Source of the DNA: Monocercomonoides exilis PA203
Taxonomy: Eukaryota; Protista; Preaxostyla
NCBI GenBank assembly: GCA_001643675.2
Contig: LSRY02000016.1
Span: forward strand, 558,001 to 622,000
Direction of reading: 5' to 3'
Length of the DNA stretch: 64,000 bases
Made by a program: the position numbers and the translations under genes. The notes under the pieces were generated by a model, which was not told the DNA's origin, ran no database searches, and saw nothing but the letters and a program-made list of their open reading frames with translations. Shown in pieces: positions 1-13,312 of the stretch. Numbering within the stretch: the stretch's first letter is position 1; every line of letters begins with the position of its first letter.

Positions 1-454
1 TGACAAATTTGCTATAAAAAATGATTCATTTACTGATTATGATAATGTCGTTCTAAACCAATTAGGTGATTCAACAGCGATGTTTGAATACATTGCTGAT
101 GCGATGAAAAACTCCTCATCACCCAAAGTCAAAGGTGCAGCAAAGCACATCTGGAACTCTTTTATTCAGCCTTATCAGATTGCACAAGAATCAGGAATGG
201 ACGACGGAGCATACAACACAATTCACATTGACCCTGAAACGCCTTTTCAGATTATGAACTCTTTCGAGGCCAATTACATCTCAAGTGGAAATGAAATGTC
301 TGGCTCTGCTAATCTTCTGGCACAAAAAAGTCTCGAAGAAGAGATGGAAATGAAAAAAGCGCAGGAAGCAGCAGAAGCAATGCTGAATGAGTATGCTGCT
401 GACAATGCAAATGACGATCCAGATCTGCTTCAGTATCAAATGGACATTGAGTAA
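1..454 (+). CDS. 3' end of a hypothetical protein (gene starts upstream of window)
   Basis: Frame is open from base 2 through ORF 80..454, with coding-like composition and an acidic/helical C-terminus. No family recognised. Confidence 0.6.
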   Translation, partial: DKFAIKNDSFTDYDNVVLNQLGDSTAMFEYIADAMKNSSSPKVKGAAKHIWNSFIQPYQIAQESGMDDGAYNTIHIDPETPFQIMNSFEANYISSGNEMSGSANLLAQKSLEEEMEMKKAQEAAEAMLNEYAADNANDDPDLLQYQMDIE

Positions 455-1248
455 ACTCAGATAGAATCTCAAGATTTTAGTGAAATCAGCACAATTCACG
501 CTCACATTCCATATTGAGTTTTATCTAAAACATTTCGCTCACTTCATTTGTTTTGTTGTTTTTCTCATTTTTTTTCCTTTTAATTGATAAACATGGAAGA
601 CTTCGCAAGCAGGAAGGTCATATTGTGTTTACATTTTGTCTGGGTTGAAAAGTTTTCAAGTCGTATGAAAATCGAAGGAAAAAATCTATTAAATTGCGTT
701 AATTGTTGTGTAATATCAAAGGAACATGAAATAAAAAAAGTGAATTTTCCGTTTTTGTTTCATGTTTAATGAACATCGATCAATTAGTTTTTTAATAAAG
801 AACATTAGTCAATATCTCAAAAAATGATATTTTGTTTTTCGCTTCAATTGATAAAAATATGATTTTTTGATAACAAAAAATTTTCAGATGTTTGCCTCTT
901 TTTTTCCAAATAATCTTTTCAAAAATATTCCTTTTTTGCACGCAATTATTTTTTCTTTTTGTTTGTATGTAACAAAAACATTGAAAGGAAACAAAATGAT
1001 TCCAAACGAAAAGCAAAAAAACGGAAACATAACAAGCAAGAAAATGTGCTGTTTCGGTTTTCGAAAAGTTAAATTTAATTGAAAATGAAAGACTAATAAT
1101 ATGAATAGTTTATTATTTTGCGGTTAATTTTATAAAATGCAAACCTTCTTTTTTTGTTCATTTTGAAGGCTTTCTAAAGACAATCTCATTAACAGCTTTC
1201 TCTCCAAATATTCTAAAAATTCATTTCACAAATGTTTAAATACATAAA

Positions 1249-3307
1249 TTATAAGAATGCATACAATACAAATAGATAGCCTATTCCAAGCAATCCTGCA
1301 AATCCAACATAAATCGCTTCTCTTTTAAAGGGCAGAAGAGCGTCGTGTGGAAAACTAACAATAGTTCCGTCCATTGTTGATTGCTTTATCAAGAATTTCT
1401 TCAATGAGTAGATTAAAAATGCAGACAAGATCAAGTAAGCGATAACTTTAATCGAAGGAATTGCTCTTCTGATAGCAAAAGAATTTTGATTAGCTTTTCC
1501 TTTAGCACTGTTTTGATTCAAAGATGCTTTCAAAACAAAAGATGCAATTATAATTCTCGTTGTAAAATTGATTATCGAAGCATAAATAAATCCCCTCGAA
1601 CCAAATTTAGTTCCCAGCAGCATACACACCCCGATGTACATCACTGAAGCACCAGCCATAATTGTGTTGTTTATGTGCATAAGCGAAGAAGAAGAAACAG
1701 CTCGTACAAGTGCTTCAAACACACCATTCAGCGCCAGAAGAGGAAGTGAAGAGAGGAACAAGAAACACAAAAGTGAAGTCTCTTCTTTCATCCATTTGCG
1801 TCCCATTGAGACATAAATCATTTCAGAAGATATCGAGGCAGCAAACGGGAAAAACAAGGCTCCAATCAAAAATGCCAGCTTTATGCTTGTTTCTGCAATA
1901 TCAACAACAGCTTTCGAAATTGAAGCAGAGTCATTTTTGGAGGGCATTTCTTTTGATTTCTTTTGTTTGCCTTTAGATTTTTGACTTTGTTGTTCATTTT
2001 CTGAACCTGTAGATTCCTTCTGAGCACTTTTTCCAGATTTTTGTGAAAGTGCAGAGCTTGCAGCCTCAAAGACTCTCTGCTCCATTGGTGCAAGAAACAC
2101 CATTGCAAACAATGTTCTGAGACGCTGTGCTTGAGACAGTACTCCTGCATCGTGGAGCGTGAGGACACGGCTAATCACTGCCCCTTCGCCAAATCCAAGC
2201 ACAAACCTACAAAGTGCATCGACAACAATTCCCTTCAGATCGCTCTTTGTAATGAAATTGAGTGCGGCTCGGAATTCAGAAAATGACGAAGACGATGAAC
2301 CTCTAAAAGAAAGTTGTATTAAATCCATTGCTGACGTTATTGGTAGTTCTTAGAATGTAATTCATTATAAATTCGAAAATTTCATAAGAGATAAGTTAAA
2401 CGAAATAATGTTAGGTCTCTTTCAAAAAAAAGAAGCATACTTTCAATTTTGTGTTGTTTTGCTTTGTTTATTTGCCACTGCGTCATAGCAACGAGAAGAA
2501 GCATGCTTATAACAGAACACATGAAATGAGCTGATGCCAAAACAACAGAATCGTTTTCATTCCCTTTAACCATTATAGCACTAATTGCGCTTCTTGATAT
2601 CTGCGAAACTCCTTCAGCAAGCAAAATGTTCCAAATAAAATTGAAGTTTTGTGCAAATGAGTAGAATGGCTCCGCAAAAAGATCTATAAGTGATGCGAAT
2701 ACTAGCAAATTTTTAAAAATAAAAATTTTTGAAGAGAAAAGAAATAAATTTTTTTGTATTTGCAAACAATAATAATTATCAACGTGAGAATTCGAAATCT
2801 GTTTCAGTGATGGGGGTCTGAGAAATCCATACCAGACTTTTTTCAAATAGAAAGAATGAAACATCCATCAAAAACTCAAAGCACACTGGCAATGAAAAAA
2901 CTAAAAAGAATTGCACCAATAAAATATATCAACTGTATGACGGTTTTAAATGAAATGTTAGTTGAAGAATTGCTACTTTTCAGAACTCAGACGTTATAAA
3001 AAAATAAGTTTAAATGAACCTCATCAATCTATTTCGCAAAATAAATGTCCTAATTGGTTCCAGAACAAGTGCAGAAACAGCGTATGTTGACATTTCCAGA
3101 GAAGAAATTATCTTATTACCAGGAATACATGTTTAAATAATATTTTAAAATAATATCTGATTGCAATTGAAAATAGCAAACTCCGAAAATTGATGGTTCT
3201 ACTATTCTCACAACATAAAAATTTAAAAGGAATGAAATTCCCTTTGTAAATAGTTTGTTGATTGACGAAACAGTAACTGCTTTGAAAAGATTTGCCTTGT
3301 TGTTCAT
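1249..3307 (-). CDS. RFT1: RFT1 (Man5GlcNAc2-PP-dolichol translocation protein, MOP-family), multi-exon
   Basis: Motifs match RFT1: N-terminal 'KLFTKGISFLLNFYVVRIVEPSIFG', 'DLFAEPFY', 'FVLGFGEGAVI..LTLHDAGV..FLAPMEQ', 'PLLALNGVFEA', 'GFIYASIINFTTRI'. ORFs 3116-3307, 2382-2864 and 1249-2328 are joined by GT-AG introns; internal boundaries are only partly resolved. Confidence 0.85.
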
Positions 3308-3759
3308 AATTATTATGGTTTTTTGAATAGTTTTTTCATTTGAACAAATTAAAAAAATTAAATAACCAAAAAATGTTTTATATAGAAATGTTCGAAATAG
3401 AAGAGAAGATGTTTATTACAAATCAAAATTTATCGATTAGTGAAGAAAAAGGAAAATAAATAAATAATAAGATCTTGATAATAAATAAAAAACACTTCAT
3501 AATGTTGTGATAGATGAACAGTGTGTTGATTAGTGTAATGTCTTAACAATTTATGTGGAATAAAAACGAGTAGTCATTTTCAAAGCTTTTGTTGAAGAAA
3601 AACAAACTCGTTTTTCAAATCATTTCACCATAAATAATTCTATATCGGAAAACTAAAATTCAACATCGAATATTCTTCATCATAAAAAATTTTTTTCAAA
3701 ATTCACATTCATTTCAGTTTCTTTTTTTTCAGTAAATTATCCGTGAAATTTATCTATTT

Positions 3760-4600
3760 CAATCAGAAAATAGTATTTTTGATGTTGTGGAAAATACGGT
3801 CTTTCTTGTTTTTTTTTTCACAAGGCATTGAAAAGTTGTTTCACTCATAACTTTATTTCACTTTTTCAGATTTCAAAATTGATTTGATTTTAATATCAGC
3901 ACCTAGGCATCACTGAAATCAAAACATGAAGTTTTTCAACATTTCACGAAATTAAAAAATGGACTCATTTTTATTGTGTTTTTTGATCTCAAAAAGTCAA
4001 TGAAAAGTGCATTGTTTTTCACTGAAAATGATTGAAGTTAAATGTTTTGCCCCCATATGAGGAAAATATTCAAATTTCATTTTCGCTTGAAAATCAAATA
4101 CAAGAAAATTTTCTTTATATTTAGACCTATCCTATGATTATTCATATTTTTCTTCAACAAATTTCAAACTCATAAGACAAAAATTGAAAATGTTTTCGGG
4201 TTTGTTATTTGTTCAATGACTAAGATAACTATCTTTTCAGGTATTTGATGAACACTTTGCAGACTGTGATTAAAAAATAAGAAAATTATATATATGGGGG
4301 AAAAAATAGACTTTCAAGGTTTTTATGCACAAAGTTCGAAAAAATTGTTTCACTTATAACATTTTTAAACTTTCTCAGATTTCAAAAACAATTTGATTTT
4401 CATATATGTTAACAAACATCATTGTAATAAAACATTAAGTTTTGTGACATCACAGGTATTTCAAAAAATTAACCCATTTTTTCCAAAGTATTTGATCACA
4501 AAAAGATCATCTTTGATGCTAAATTTTTTAATGATAATGCCTGAAGTGAAATATTTTGTCCCATATGAAATACATTTTTTTCTTTTCGCCTTTCCCCCCC
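3760..4600. repeat. Diverged intergenic direct repeat, ~510-bp period (approx. 3760-4090 vs 4270-4600)
   Basis: Collinear blocks: ttgtttcactcataac/ttgtttcacttataac, tcagatttcaaaa in both, tttgatctcaaaaag/tttgatcacaaaaag, ttttgccccatatga/ttttgtcccatatga. Confidence 0.55.
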
Positions 4601-4987
4601 ACCTTATTAACATGTTTATTTCCACTCAATAACGATATTATCCTTATTTTCATTTTTCTTTCTTTCTTTTTAGAAATGGGAACTGATGAATGAAATCGCA
4701 ATTACGTTTGAATTCGTTTGAAAGTTTTTCTTATTTTTGTTGAAAATTAAAAAATTTTTGAAATAGAATAATTTTTGGTATAAAATCATCCAAAAAATAA
4801 AAAATATAAAGCAAGATAATTTCAATCATTATCATCCATCAAATTTTAACAAAATTCAATCAAATACAATTAAAACATATTTTCATTTTAAAAAGATGCT
4901 CACGAAAAACTAAAAAAAAAGGTATTCAATTCATTCAAAATTTCATCACCTCAGAAAGGGTATTGATAATCATGATGAATGATCCAA

Positions 4988-6526
4988 TCATTGAATATGA
5001 ACAAACTCGCACTTTTCTCCATGTTTACACCAATGATGCTTCGAAAAGAATACACACACCCCTCGCTTGCGCTTCGAAGCACATTCCCCATCGCCTGATT
5101 TGATTAAAGGTGGAGGGCCGATAAATATTTCCGAGGCTCGAAAGTTTGATGATGCATGCCGATCAAAAACTACACGAAAATATGCACGCGCCCCAGGCTT
5201 TATAAGAGATTGCTCTTCTGGATCAACAATAGATGTGTCAAGATAGACATTTGATGGAAACGATCTTGAGGCTATCCATGCACTGTGGGACTGAAGATTA
5301 ATATTTGCAAGCAAATATCCTTCATAATGCGTTGGCAAAGGAAGCTGTGGAGTCGGAGGTGATTGCAATTCACTCGATTGCAACTTAGAAGGAAATGAAG
5401 CATCACATGCAGATGATGTCTCCAATTCTTTTTGCGATTTAATAGAGGCCCCAAATGAAGAAGGAGTAACATTTCTATGAAGCCTTGTATCTTGTGAATA
5501 ATATGGTAATGATTCTTGAAAAGCTTTGTATTGCTCTTGTTGAAATGGAAAAGCGAAAAAATTCAGAGAATTCGGAGGCAACATGGTGGCAAGCATTGTC
5601 TGAGTTGCTGTAGAAGTTGTATTCCAAGTTGAAGAATCACCAACAGCAGCATCTGCTGTCTGGGATTGTGAAAGCTGCTGAGCTTGCATGTCTACGGTTT
5701 GTGTGCTTGCTGTTTGTTGTTGTTGCTGCTGTTGTTGTGTTTGAGAAAATACATCTTTTTTGGTTTGCAATTCTGCAGACATGTAAAAGGGGTCAAAAAG
5801 GTTAAAATTGAAAAAAGAAAAAGGTGAAGAAGAGATTGCAGGAAGAGATTGTGAATTGAATGAAACATCATTTTGTAGATTTTCAATTGGGTGCAATCGC
5901 TTAACTGTTTGAGTTGACGTGTCAGACATCTCTGGCAATAAACATGACAAACTATCTGTCGATGTTTCAATAGAGACGTGCTCTTTTTGAGAATTTTCTT
6001 TATGACTTTCTGATTTATGTTCTGGAGCATGAACGCTCATCTGGGAAATTTGGATATTCAATGGAGGAAGTCCGCAATTAGTTATGTTAGATAAATGATT
6101 TCTACGGAGGCAATTTGGAGAAGTCGATAGTGCAGTATTAGTCCAAACATTTGATCGAGTGCCACATCCCACATCTGTTTTATCTTGTGTTTCAGAACGA
6201 AATTGAAATGAAGAAATAGAAGTCAATACTTTCGTATGTGGCTGTGTTGGGGCCAGAGATGATTGCGCCAGAGTCGTATCATCTCCACTCAATTTTGCGC
6301 TCAAAGAAACTTCGCTCAACAAATCGTCTTCAGTGCTATCGAAATATGATGAATTATCGTCTGATGATGATAATTCATCATCATCATTGCTTTTCGCATT
6401 GTCTAATTGATCATCCGAAAAAGAGTCATCATCTAATTCTGCTTTTTCTTCTTTTATATTTTCTTTTTGCATTTTATTGTTTATTTCATCATGATTTTGA
6501 GGTAAATCTTGTGAAGAGTTATCCAT
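4988..6526 (-). CDS. Low-complexity protein with C-terminal cold-shock/OB-like domain and CCCH zinc finger (putative RNA-binding protein)
   Basis: 512-aa ORF. C-terminal CVFFSKHHWCKHGEKCEFVH = C-x8-C-x5-C-x3-H. The preceding 'SAWIAS..SNVYLDTSIV..LIKPGARAYFRV..FRASEI' follows the cold-shock-domain pattern. Confidence 0.75.
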   Translation of the reverse strand: MDNSSQDLPQNHDEINNKMQKENIKEEKAELDDDSFSDDQLDNAKSNDDDELSSSDDNSSYFDSTEDDLLSEVSLSAKLSGDDTTLAQSSLAPTQPHTKVLTSISSFQFRSETQDKTDVGCGTRSNVWTNTALSTSPNCLRRNHLSNITNCGLPPLNIQISQMSVHAPEHKSESHKENSQKEHVSIETSTDSLSCLLPEMSDTSTQTVKRLHPIENLQNDVSFNSQSLPAISSSPFSFFNFNLFDPFYMSAELQTKKDVFSQTQQQQQQQQTASTQTVDMQAQQLSQSQTADAAVGDSSTWNTTSTATQTMLATMLPPNSLNFFAFPFQQEQYKAFQESLPYYSQDTRLHRNVTPSSFGASIKSQKELETSSACDASFPSKLQSSELQSPPTPQLPLPTHYEGYLLANINLQSHSAWIASRSFPSNVYLDTSIVDPEEQSLIKPGARAYFRVVFDRHASSNFRASEIFIGPPPLIKSGDGECASKRKRGVCVFFSKHHWCKHGEKCEFVHIQ

Positions 6527-6706
6527 TAGAAATGTAATATATCTTTACTTACAATGCAAAAATGATATTCGTATCCTCTTGATATAATGACAGAAAAAAA
6601 AGCTACTTAATAACTGGAATATTCAATTTGATTGTAGCTATTTTATGTGAAAAATTCACAAAGTTGAAATTTTTAGATCACTCTAAATATATATTATTTT
6701 TTATAA

Positions 6707-9700
6707 ATGAGTAGAATTAAACAAAATTTTACTTCATTTCAGTCAGGGCCATTCGTGGAAATATTTTCTGCCCACGGAAGCAATCCTGAGGCGGGTTGGT
6801 ACATCATTTTTGGATTTGCAAACACATCATGACTTTTTCTTTCAGGATGTAAAATAAGTGGTTCTGTCAAACGTATTTTTGATTCGCAAGCGAAAGGATT
6901 TGTATTTACATGTAACCCTACAACAGGCAAAATGACCTTTCCGAAATTAGATTCTTCTTCTTGTTTGTGAAATTATTCTTTGATTTTTTTAGACTTTTAA
7001 AATATAATGACTTTTGCAAAATATCTTTTCAAAAGTGCAAATATCTCAGCAATTCCTTGTCTTTCAAATATTTTTACCGATTTCTTCATCCTTTAACTTT
7101 CTTCTTAGGTTTCCGATGATACAAATTACTTTGTTATTAACATTTTTCATTTTTATAGTGTCCAGGACGTGAAAAAGACAAAACGACGTTTGCTATTTTC
7201 AACAGCATTTAAGTCAATAGAGTCAAATCCGCTACATGCTCAAATTCCATTGATTAATCTCCATCGAGGAGAGGTTTGATTTTTATTAATCTATCTATCA
7301 ACAATCATTTTGAGTATAGTGGATGAATCTGTGTTTTGATGTGGATAACTATGTAAAATATCTTTTTCACGAGTCGTTTATGTCATTGGATCGAATCGAA
7401 ATGTCTCCATCTTTTTCAATTCGACGCATATTCACACTTCGTCGGTGCCCACCTGGAACGATTGATGATGGCTGTATGCATCACTTTCAATCATTTTTTA
7501 GAAGAAACATTAAAACTTCAATTGCTTGCTTTTATATTGCTTTTGGACTTTTTTTTTTGAAACACAATCTGTTGACGGAAAGCAAATTGCGGGTATCTTC
7601 CTCCAGGTGTCACCATGTCTGATCCAATTCCTTCTTCGTGCTCATTTCCTGTCACAGTTCGTGCATCAACGCAGATTTACTGGGCAGAAAAAACCGAATA
7701 CCTGTTGTCTGCAGCAAGCATCCCAACAGGATCTTCCTTTTCAGCCACTTCAACTCTTGCTTCATCTTCTGCTTCATCATCAACACATCCTTCATCTCAA
7801 CGACTAAGTTTGCATAATTTTTTAATCTTTTTAATTTATTCACTTTTATCTATTGATTAAATATATGTTGTATTTTCTATTTCTGCTCTTCAATATTGCA
7901 TTGCTCAGCACCTCCACGCTCTTCACATGTCATTTCAGCTGCGCCAAAAGTGCCACAACAAATACATCCACCTCCACAACACGCTTCTCGTATTCCTTCT
8001 TCATCTCAAAAGAAAGTGAGCATAATTGCTCCTCCTTCTTCAGCACGTCCGAAGCAGTCGGCTTCTCAAAGAGCTGCTTCAGAACCGAAATTGCTGGTGA
8101 GGAATAATTCTTCTCATTCAATCGCTTCTTCTTCTGCATCATCATCATCATCAAAACAAACTCCTTCAACATCTTCATCACAACCCCCACGACAACAATC
8201 ACCATCCCTTGCTCCGTCTTCTCTTCCATCAAAGCCTTTATCTTCTCCTTCTTCAGCTTCCTCCTCTACTTCTTCTTCAACACGATTGCATCAGAATCAA
8301 TCTTCACAGCCACTTCATTCATCTTCTTCAATTCCAGCTGAACAACGTCCCAATTCCTCCCAAAGAAAGGATTCGCTCTCTTCTCAGAAAGAGAATCCAG
8401 CCAATGAAAGCTCATCATCAAATTCGCTTACAGGCAATTTGAATGAGTGGACAACACAAATTTCAGAGGATGGGAGTGAAATTGTCATAACCATTGGACA
8501 GGAAGAGCCAGAAGTGCAACAGAGCTGCGACGAATTTGCTGATGTATCAGATCTTCAGGAAAAAGGAGAAGATTCAATTTTGGATCAAAGCTGCATGAAA
8601 AGTGAAGGCTCTGCAAAAGCCAAAGAAAGCAAAAGTGGATCAGATGAGAATGAGAATGAGAATGAGAATGAAAGTATTGACAATGCCAGCAATGAGGATG
8701 ATGAAGGTGATGGAGATGGAGATGGAGACGATGACGGAGGAGATGACAGCGATTCAGACGATGATCCAGATGCCTCTTTCCATCCATCCTATCCTCCTCC
8801 CAAGTCAGCTGGCTCTGTTTCGTTTGCTCGCCCATCTTCTTCTTCATTGGCCTCTTATTCCCCAGCTAACAATTCCAACCTGGGCTTTTCTGTCTCATCT
8901 TCTCCAATTCCTTCCCCACTGTTGGCAGACGGAAGCAGCGCCAACAGTTTGGAGATCGGATCTTCATTCAGCGCAGACACTGCAGAGCATCCACTGTCTC
9001 TTCTGAGCGATCCGTTCCTGCGTGCTACAAGCAGCGGAGGGCTGGCGGCAGAAGTGGAGGAAGCGCTACTGGAGGCGTCGAGGCTGCTGAAGTCTCGCTA
9101 TCCATCTACTCCACTCGCAGCTTCATCGTCACTGCAGGCACCACTGGATGGGAATTCGAACGATGGAAAGGGGGAAGAAGGAGAAAGAACAGGAAGTTTG
9201 AGAGGGGATAGAGAAAAGACAGGAGAGAGACCTAATTCGAGAATGCTGAGGAGGAAGAGCTGGGTGATGGATGGGACTGAGCTGAGGGAAGGGGAGATGA
9301 GCACTTTGAGAGAAAGAGACGGAGCAGAGGAAGAGAACGAAGAGGAAGACGATGACGAAGAGGAAGGAGACGACGACGATGAAGATGATGACGACAATGA
9401 AGAGGATGAAGGTGATGATGGAGAAAAGAACAATAGCTTTAATGATTCATGCGAAGTTGCAAGAGTTAAATGCAAAGAAAGTGATGCAACTGATGGAGAC
9501 GGAGAAATTAAAGATGAAAAAGCAATCGAAGAAGCAGAAAGAGAAGAAAATTATGAGAATAATAATGTTCAGAATGGCACCGAAGAAAGCTCAGAATTGT
9601 ATGTTTAATTTTTGCTTTCAGAAAAATGTTAACAATATTTTTTTTTCATTATGATAATTATGCTTTATTGTTCAATATTATACACATGATAGGAGCCTAT

Positions 9701-10509
9701 CCTTGCTTGAGGTTTGCTATTCATTTTTTTCTTTGAAAACTTAACTTTCAAAAAATTTTTTATCTGCCTTTTTTTTCCATTCAATTCCTTTGACCATGTA
9801 ATTCATCATTGCTGTTAACAATCAATCACTTATCTTTTTTTGAATTCCCATTCATTGGGCGCAGCGCAAAAAGGAGGAGTTGCGAAGGTTGGAAGAAGAA
9901 GCTGTTGCTCTTTATGGAACATCCATCCTCAACGAGACATCAGCCTCATCAGCTGAAGACAATGCTGCCAATGATGCATATGAACAGACACAGCATGAAG
10001 AAGGCAATGAAGGAAATATTTCATCTTCTCATGCAGATGAAGAAGGCTCCTGCGAAACACACCAACTCATTCAGACAATTGGTGCACAGACAGATAGACA
10101 GAGTCGTCCTCGCCACAATCTGCCTTCATTCAATGCAACAATTGCACATCTGCCTTCACTGAAACAGAAGCAGAACGATTCAATGGGAGTCACCACACAG
10201 CGGAGACACGACACTGCACCTGGACAGCCACGGAAAATGAAGTGGGTTGTTGGAGAAGGCCATCAAGTGAACAAAAGTGATGATGAGAAGCAGATGAATG
10301 ATAACACACAGAGAGGAGGCGAGGAAAACATTAACTCTGATGATCCATATCAGGAACAAGATTCGGGCGATGAAGAGAAGGGAGAAGACGATGAAGAAAT
10401 ATTATATGAAAACGAAGAACAAGATGATTTGGATAACGTCGAACTCCTTCGTGATCCTGAGACTGGACTTTTGTATGACGCAAAAACAGGGCAGTACTAT
10501 CAAGAATAA
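6707..10509 (+). CDS. CFAP20DC: CFAP20-domain-containing protein (C3orf67/CFAP20DC-like), multi-exon
   Basis: Spliced N-terminus: MSRIKQNFTSFQSGPFVEIFSAHGSNPEAG|CKISGSVKRIFDSQAKGFVF..|LQISQQFLVFQIFLP..|VQDVKKTKRRLLFSTAFKSIESNPLHAQIPL..|WMNLCFD..LDRI..IRRIFTL..DPIPSSCSFP. C-terminal 'LLRDPETGLLYDAKTGQYYQE' resembles the C3orf67 tail. Includes ORFs 7896-9608 and 9880-10509 and a 19-nt exon at 9693-9711. Confidence 0.85.
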
Positions 10510-10649
10510 TATTTTTAAAATCCATTTCATATTTCTCAATCTTCATATCCATCATTTCGCTTTTTGTATTTTTTTTGTGTTATGATCAACAACCATAGTA
10601 TTTTCCGTTCATTTTTCGAGTTAATTTTTTCACATAACCGAGATTATTG

Positions 10650-12951
10650 ATGGAAAATCTTGATGGACAAGAAGATTCATTAAAAAATGAGCTACATACT
10701 TCATCAATGTTTAATGACTCAAGCACTTTTCGAGAATTTTCTTCAACTAATAATTTATTATCTTTTATGCAACAAGAAAAGACATGCGTTTCACATTCTC
10801 CTGATAACAGCATTAATTCATTTTATTCAAAAAAAATTAGCGAAAGACATCTACCAGAAATTCTCTATTGCAGAGAAATCGACAAAGAGAGCAAAGCAGT
10901 TGAAATCATCATGGAACTTCTTGAAAGCAATGATTCCATTCTTTGTGTTGTGAGATCAAAAAGAGATAATACGTTTACTCGTTATTTGCAGCTTGCTGGA
11001 TTGTCAACAACATCTTCATTTACAATGCCTCCAAATAAAAACACAATTATTATTGTATCAAATATTGATCCAGATGACTTAAGTTTGAGCTAAATTATTC
11101 ACTCTTTTATTTTTATCGTTTTTTGTGAAATTTTTTAATTTTTGTTCAGAGTGTCAATTTTTTACAGCTGCAATCTTTGTTGATCTCATATTTAGTCCAG
11201 AGGAAGCATCTTTATATTCTCAAATTTCTTCAAAGTTTGCGCATCATTAGAATTAAATGAATGAACTCATGATTTTTTATAGAAAGATTTTTTTTTTCGC
11301 AAACGATGTTGATGGAGAACAAGCCGAAATAGTTTGCAATAACTTGAGCAAGCTTGGAGGAAAAATTGACAATAACGTAGAATCTGCTATTATTCGATGG
11401 AAACGTCGTTTTTGGAAAGGAAGTTATAATTTTGAACCAAAGAAGACAACTGAAAGCACAGAAAGAGGAGATTTGTTTTCAGAGATCATCCAAAATAGTT
11501 CTGATCGTGAAAAAGATCACAATGAAGATGCTGAAGATTCAGGAGATGAACACGATCACATTCCATTTCTGTTGACATCTCTGAATAGAATGGCATCGTA
11601 TCAAACATCGATGGATGTTCAGCCACAGTCAGCAAGTGATGAATGCGAAGAGTTTGAGGACGAGGATGGTAATATTATTCAAATATCTGAAGATAAAGAA
11701 AAACCATCATTAACCAACTTTTATTCAAATGCAGCTCAAAATCATTTGTCATTACCTTTTCATTCAACTCGTTATCGTTCACTTGGAAGGAAAAAAAGAA
11801 ATATGAAGGTCAACCGTTTTCATATAGCAAAAATGGATGATTCTGATATGGAAATGAATTGTTTCAACTCTTCTATCTCTTTTACAATAAAAAACAATCA
11901 ATTGCTTGATGGAAGTTTAAATTCTTCTTTTGATTTGAAACATCCTTCAGATAGTTCTTCTTTTTTAACTGCTGAAAATGAGCAAAGTTCGCTTCTTCTT
12001 TCGTTGATTAAAAACGATGAAGAAGAGGATGACATCAGAGAAATCGATGAGAATGCAGAACATTTTCAGATTGAATCAAAAAATACAACCAAAAACCTTC
12101 AAGAACAGCTTCCTTCTACTTCTTCTACATCAAATACTTCTCATGTTAACGATTTTCATTGCGAAGCAGATGCTTCTTCAGATAAATGTTGTTCATCGCA
12201 AATATCAGCATGTGCAAAGCCAATTAATACTTCTTCATTTCTTTCAACCACTTTTAATCAACCAATTTCAAATGACCCACCAAAGCCACATTCAAATTCA
12301 CGCAAAAAGACAAAAAAATCAGCAAAAGCAGCTTCTCAATCTGTCCATCCGATGTATCAGAGGCTGCATCATACTTTTGTATCTGTTATGAGAGATATTC
12401 TTCCATACTCAGAAGAAGAGGAGCAGAAATCAGAGGAGACAAATAACACCAACAGAAAAGACAGTTCAACGCTTGAAATAAAAGAAATGAAACAGGAAAA
12501 AATGAGTGAGAAAGAGAAAATCAAAAACACAAATTCCAAAAAGAAGGAAATAAACATGAATGAATCCGACTCCCATGATGAAAGTTCAGAAGAAAACAAT
12601 GAAATAAGTGATTATTCAGATGATTTTGAATATTCGCACACTTTCCCTTCTGATACATTCAATAAAAGTCATTTTTCAGAATGCAAAGAAGAAGAGGCAT
12701 ATTTTGAAGGAGATTCATACGAGTCATGCCAAAAAAGCGAAGTGATGGAAAAAGATGAAGTCAATCGCGAAGATTTTGAAATGACTGACGACGAAACGGC
12801 AAAATTGTTAGCAGATTTAACAATGAATGCGCATGTTAGTGAAGGAGAAGTTATGGACATGGAAAAGGATGAGGATGACAACATTTTGGATTACATGGAT
12901 GATTCATTTGTTGCGCTGACAAACGAAATGGAAAAGATTGAAATACATTAA
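10650..12951 (+). CDS. Hypothetical protein, alpha/beta N-terminal region plus long acidic disordered tail (about 3 exons)
   Basis: ORFs 10647-11093 and 11257-12951 appear linked by GTTTG..AG introns (~11083-11149, ~11235-11282). Confidence 0.65.
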
Positions 12952-13312
12952 TTATTCGATGAACATTTAATTTGAATTTTTTTTGTAACTTTTTGATAAA
13001 AAGAATCGAATATCCGAAAATAGGTGATGAGTTTTTAATTCGAGCAACGTGCTCTGGAGTAAATTTATGAGTTTGATCTCATTTGTAAAAGTGAAATGAC
13101 AAAGATGACACATAAAAAGGATTCAAAACATGCTTGTACCGAGTCAAACAAAAATTAAAATACATAAGAATATTGCGTCAAATCGAATGATAATATGAAA
13201 CTTGTCAATAAAAATTAACTTAAAAATGTCTGTAATTTGATGAAATGAACATAATCAATAATAAAATGAAACATTCAAATGTTTAGGTTTTAATATGAGT
13301 GAGTTATTTCGT

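Noticed and set aside
817-869. Short imperfect hairpin (caaaaaatgatatttt / aaaatatgattttttg)
   Set aside because: A 16-bp AT-rich stem is plausible by chance at this composition.
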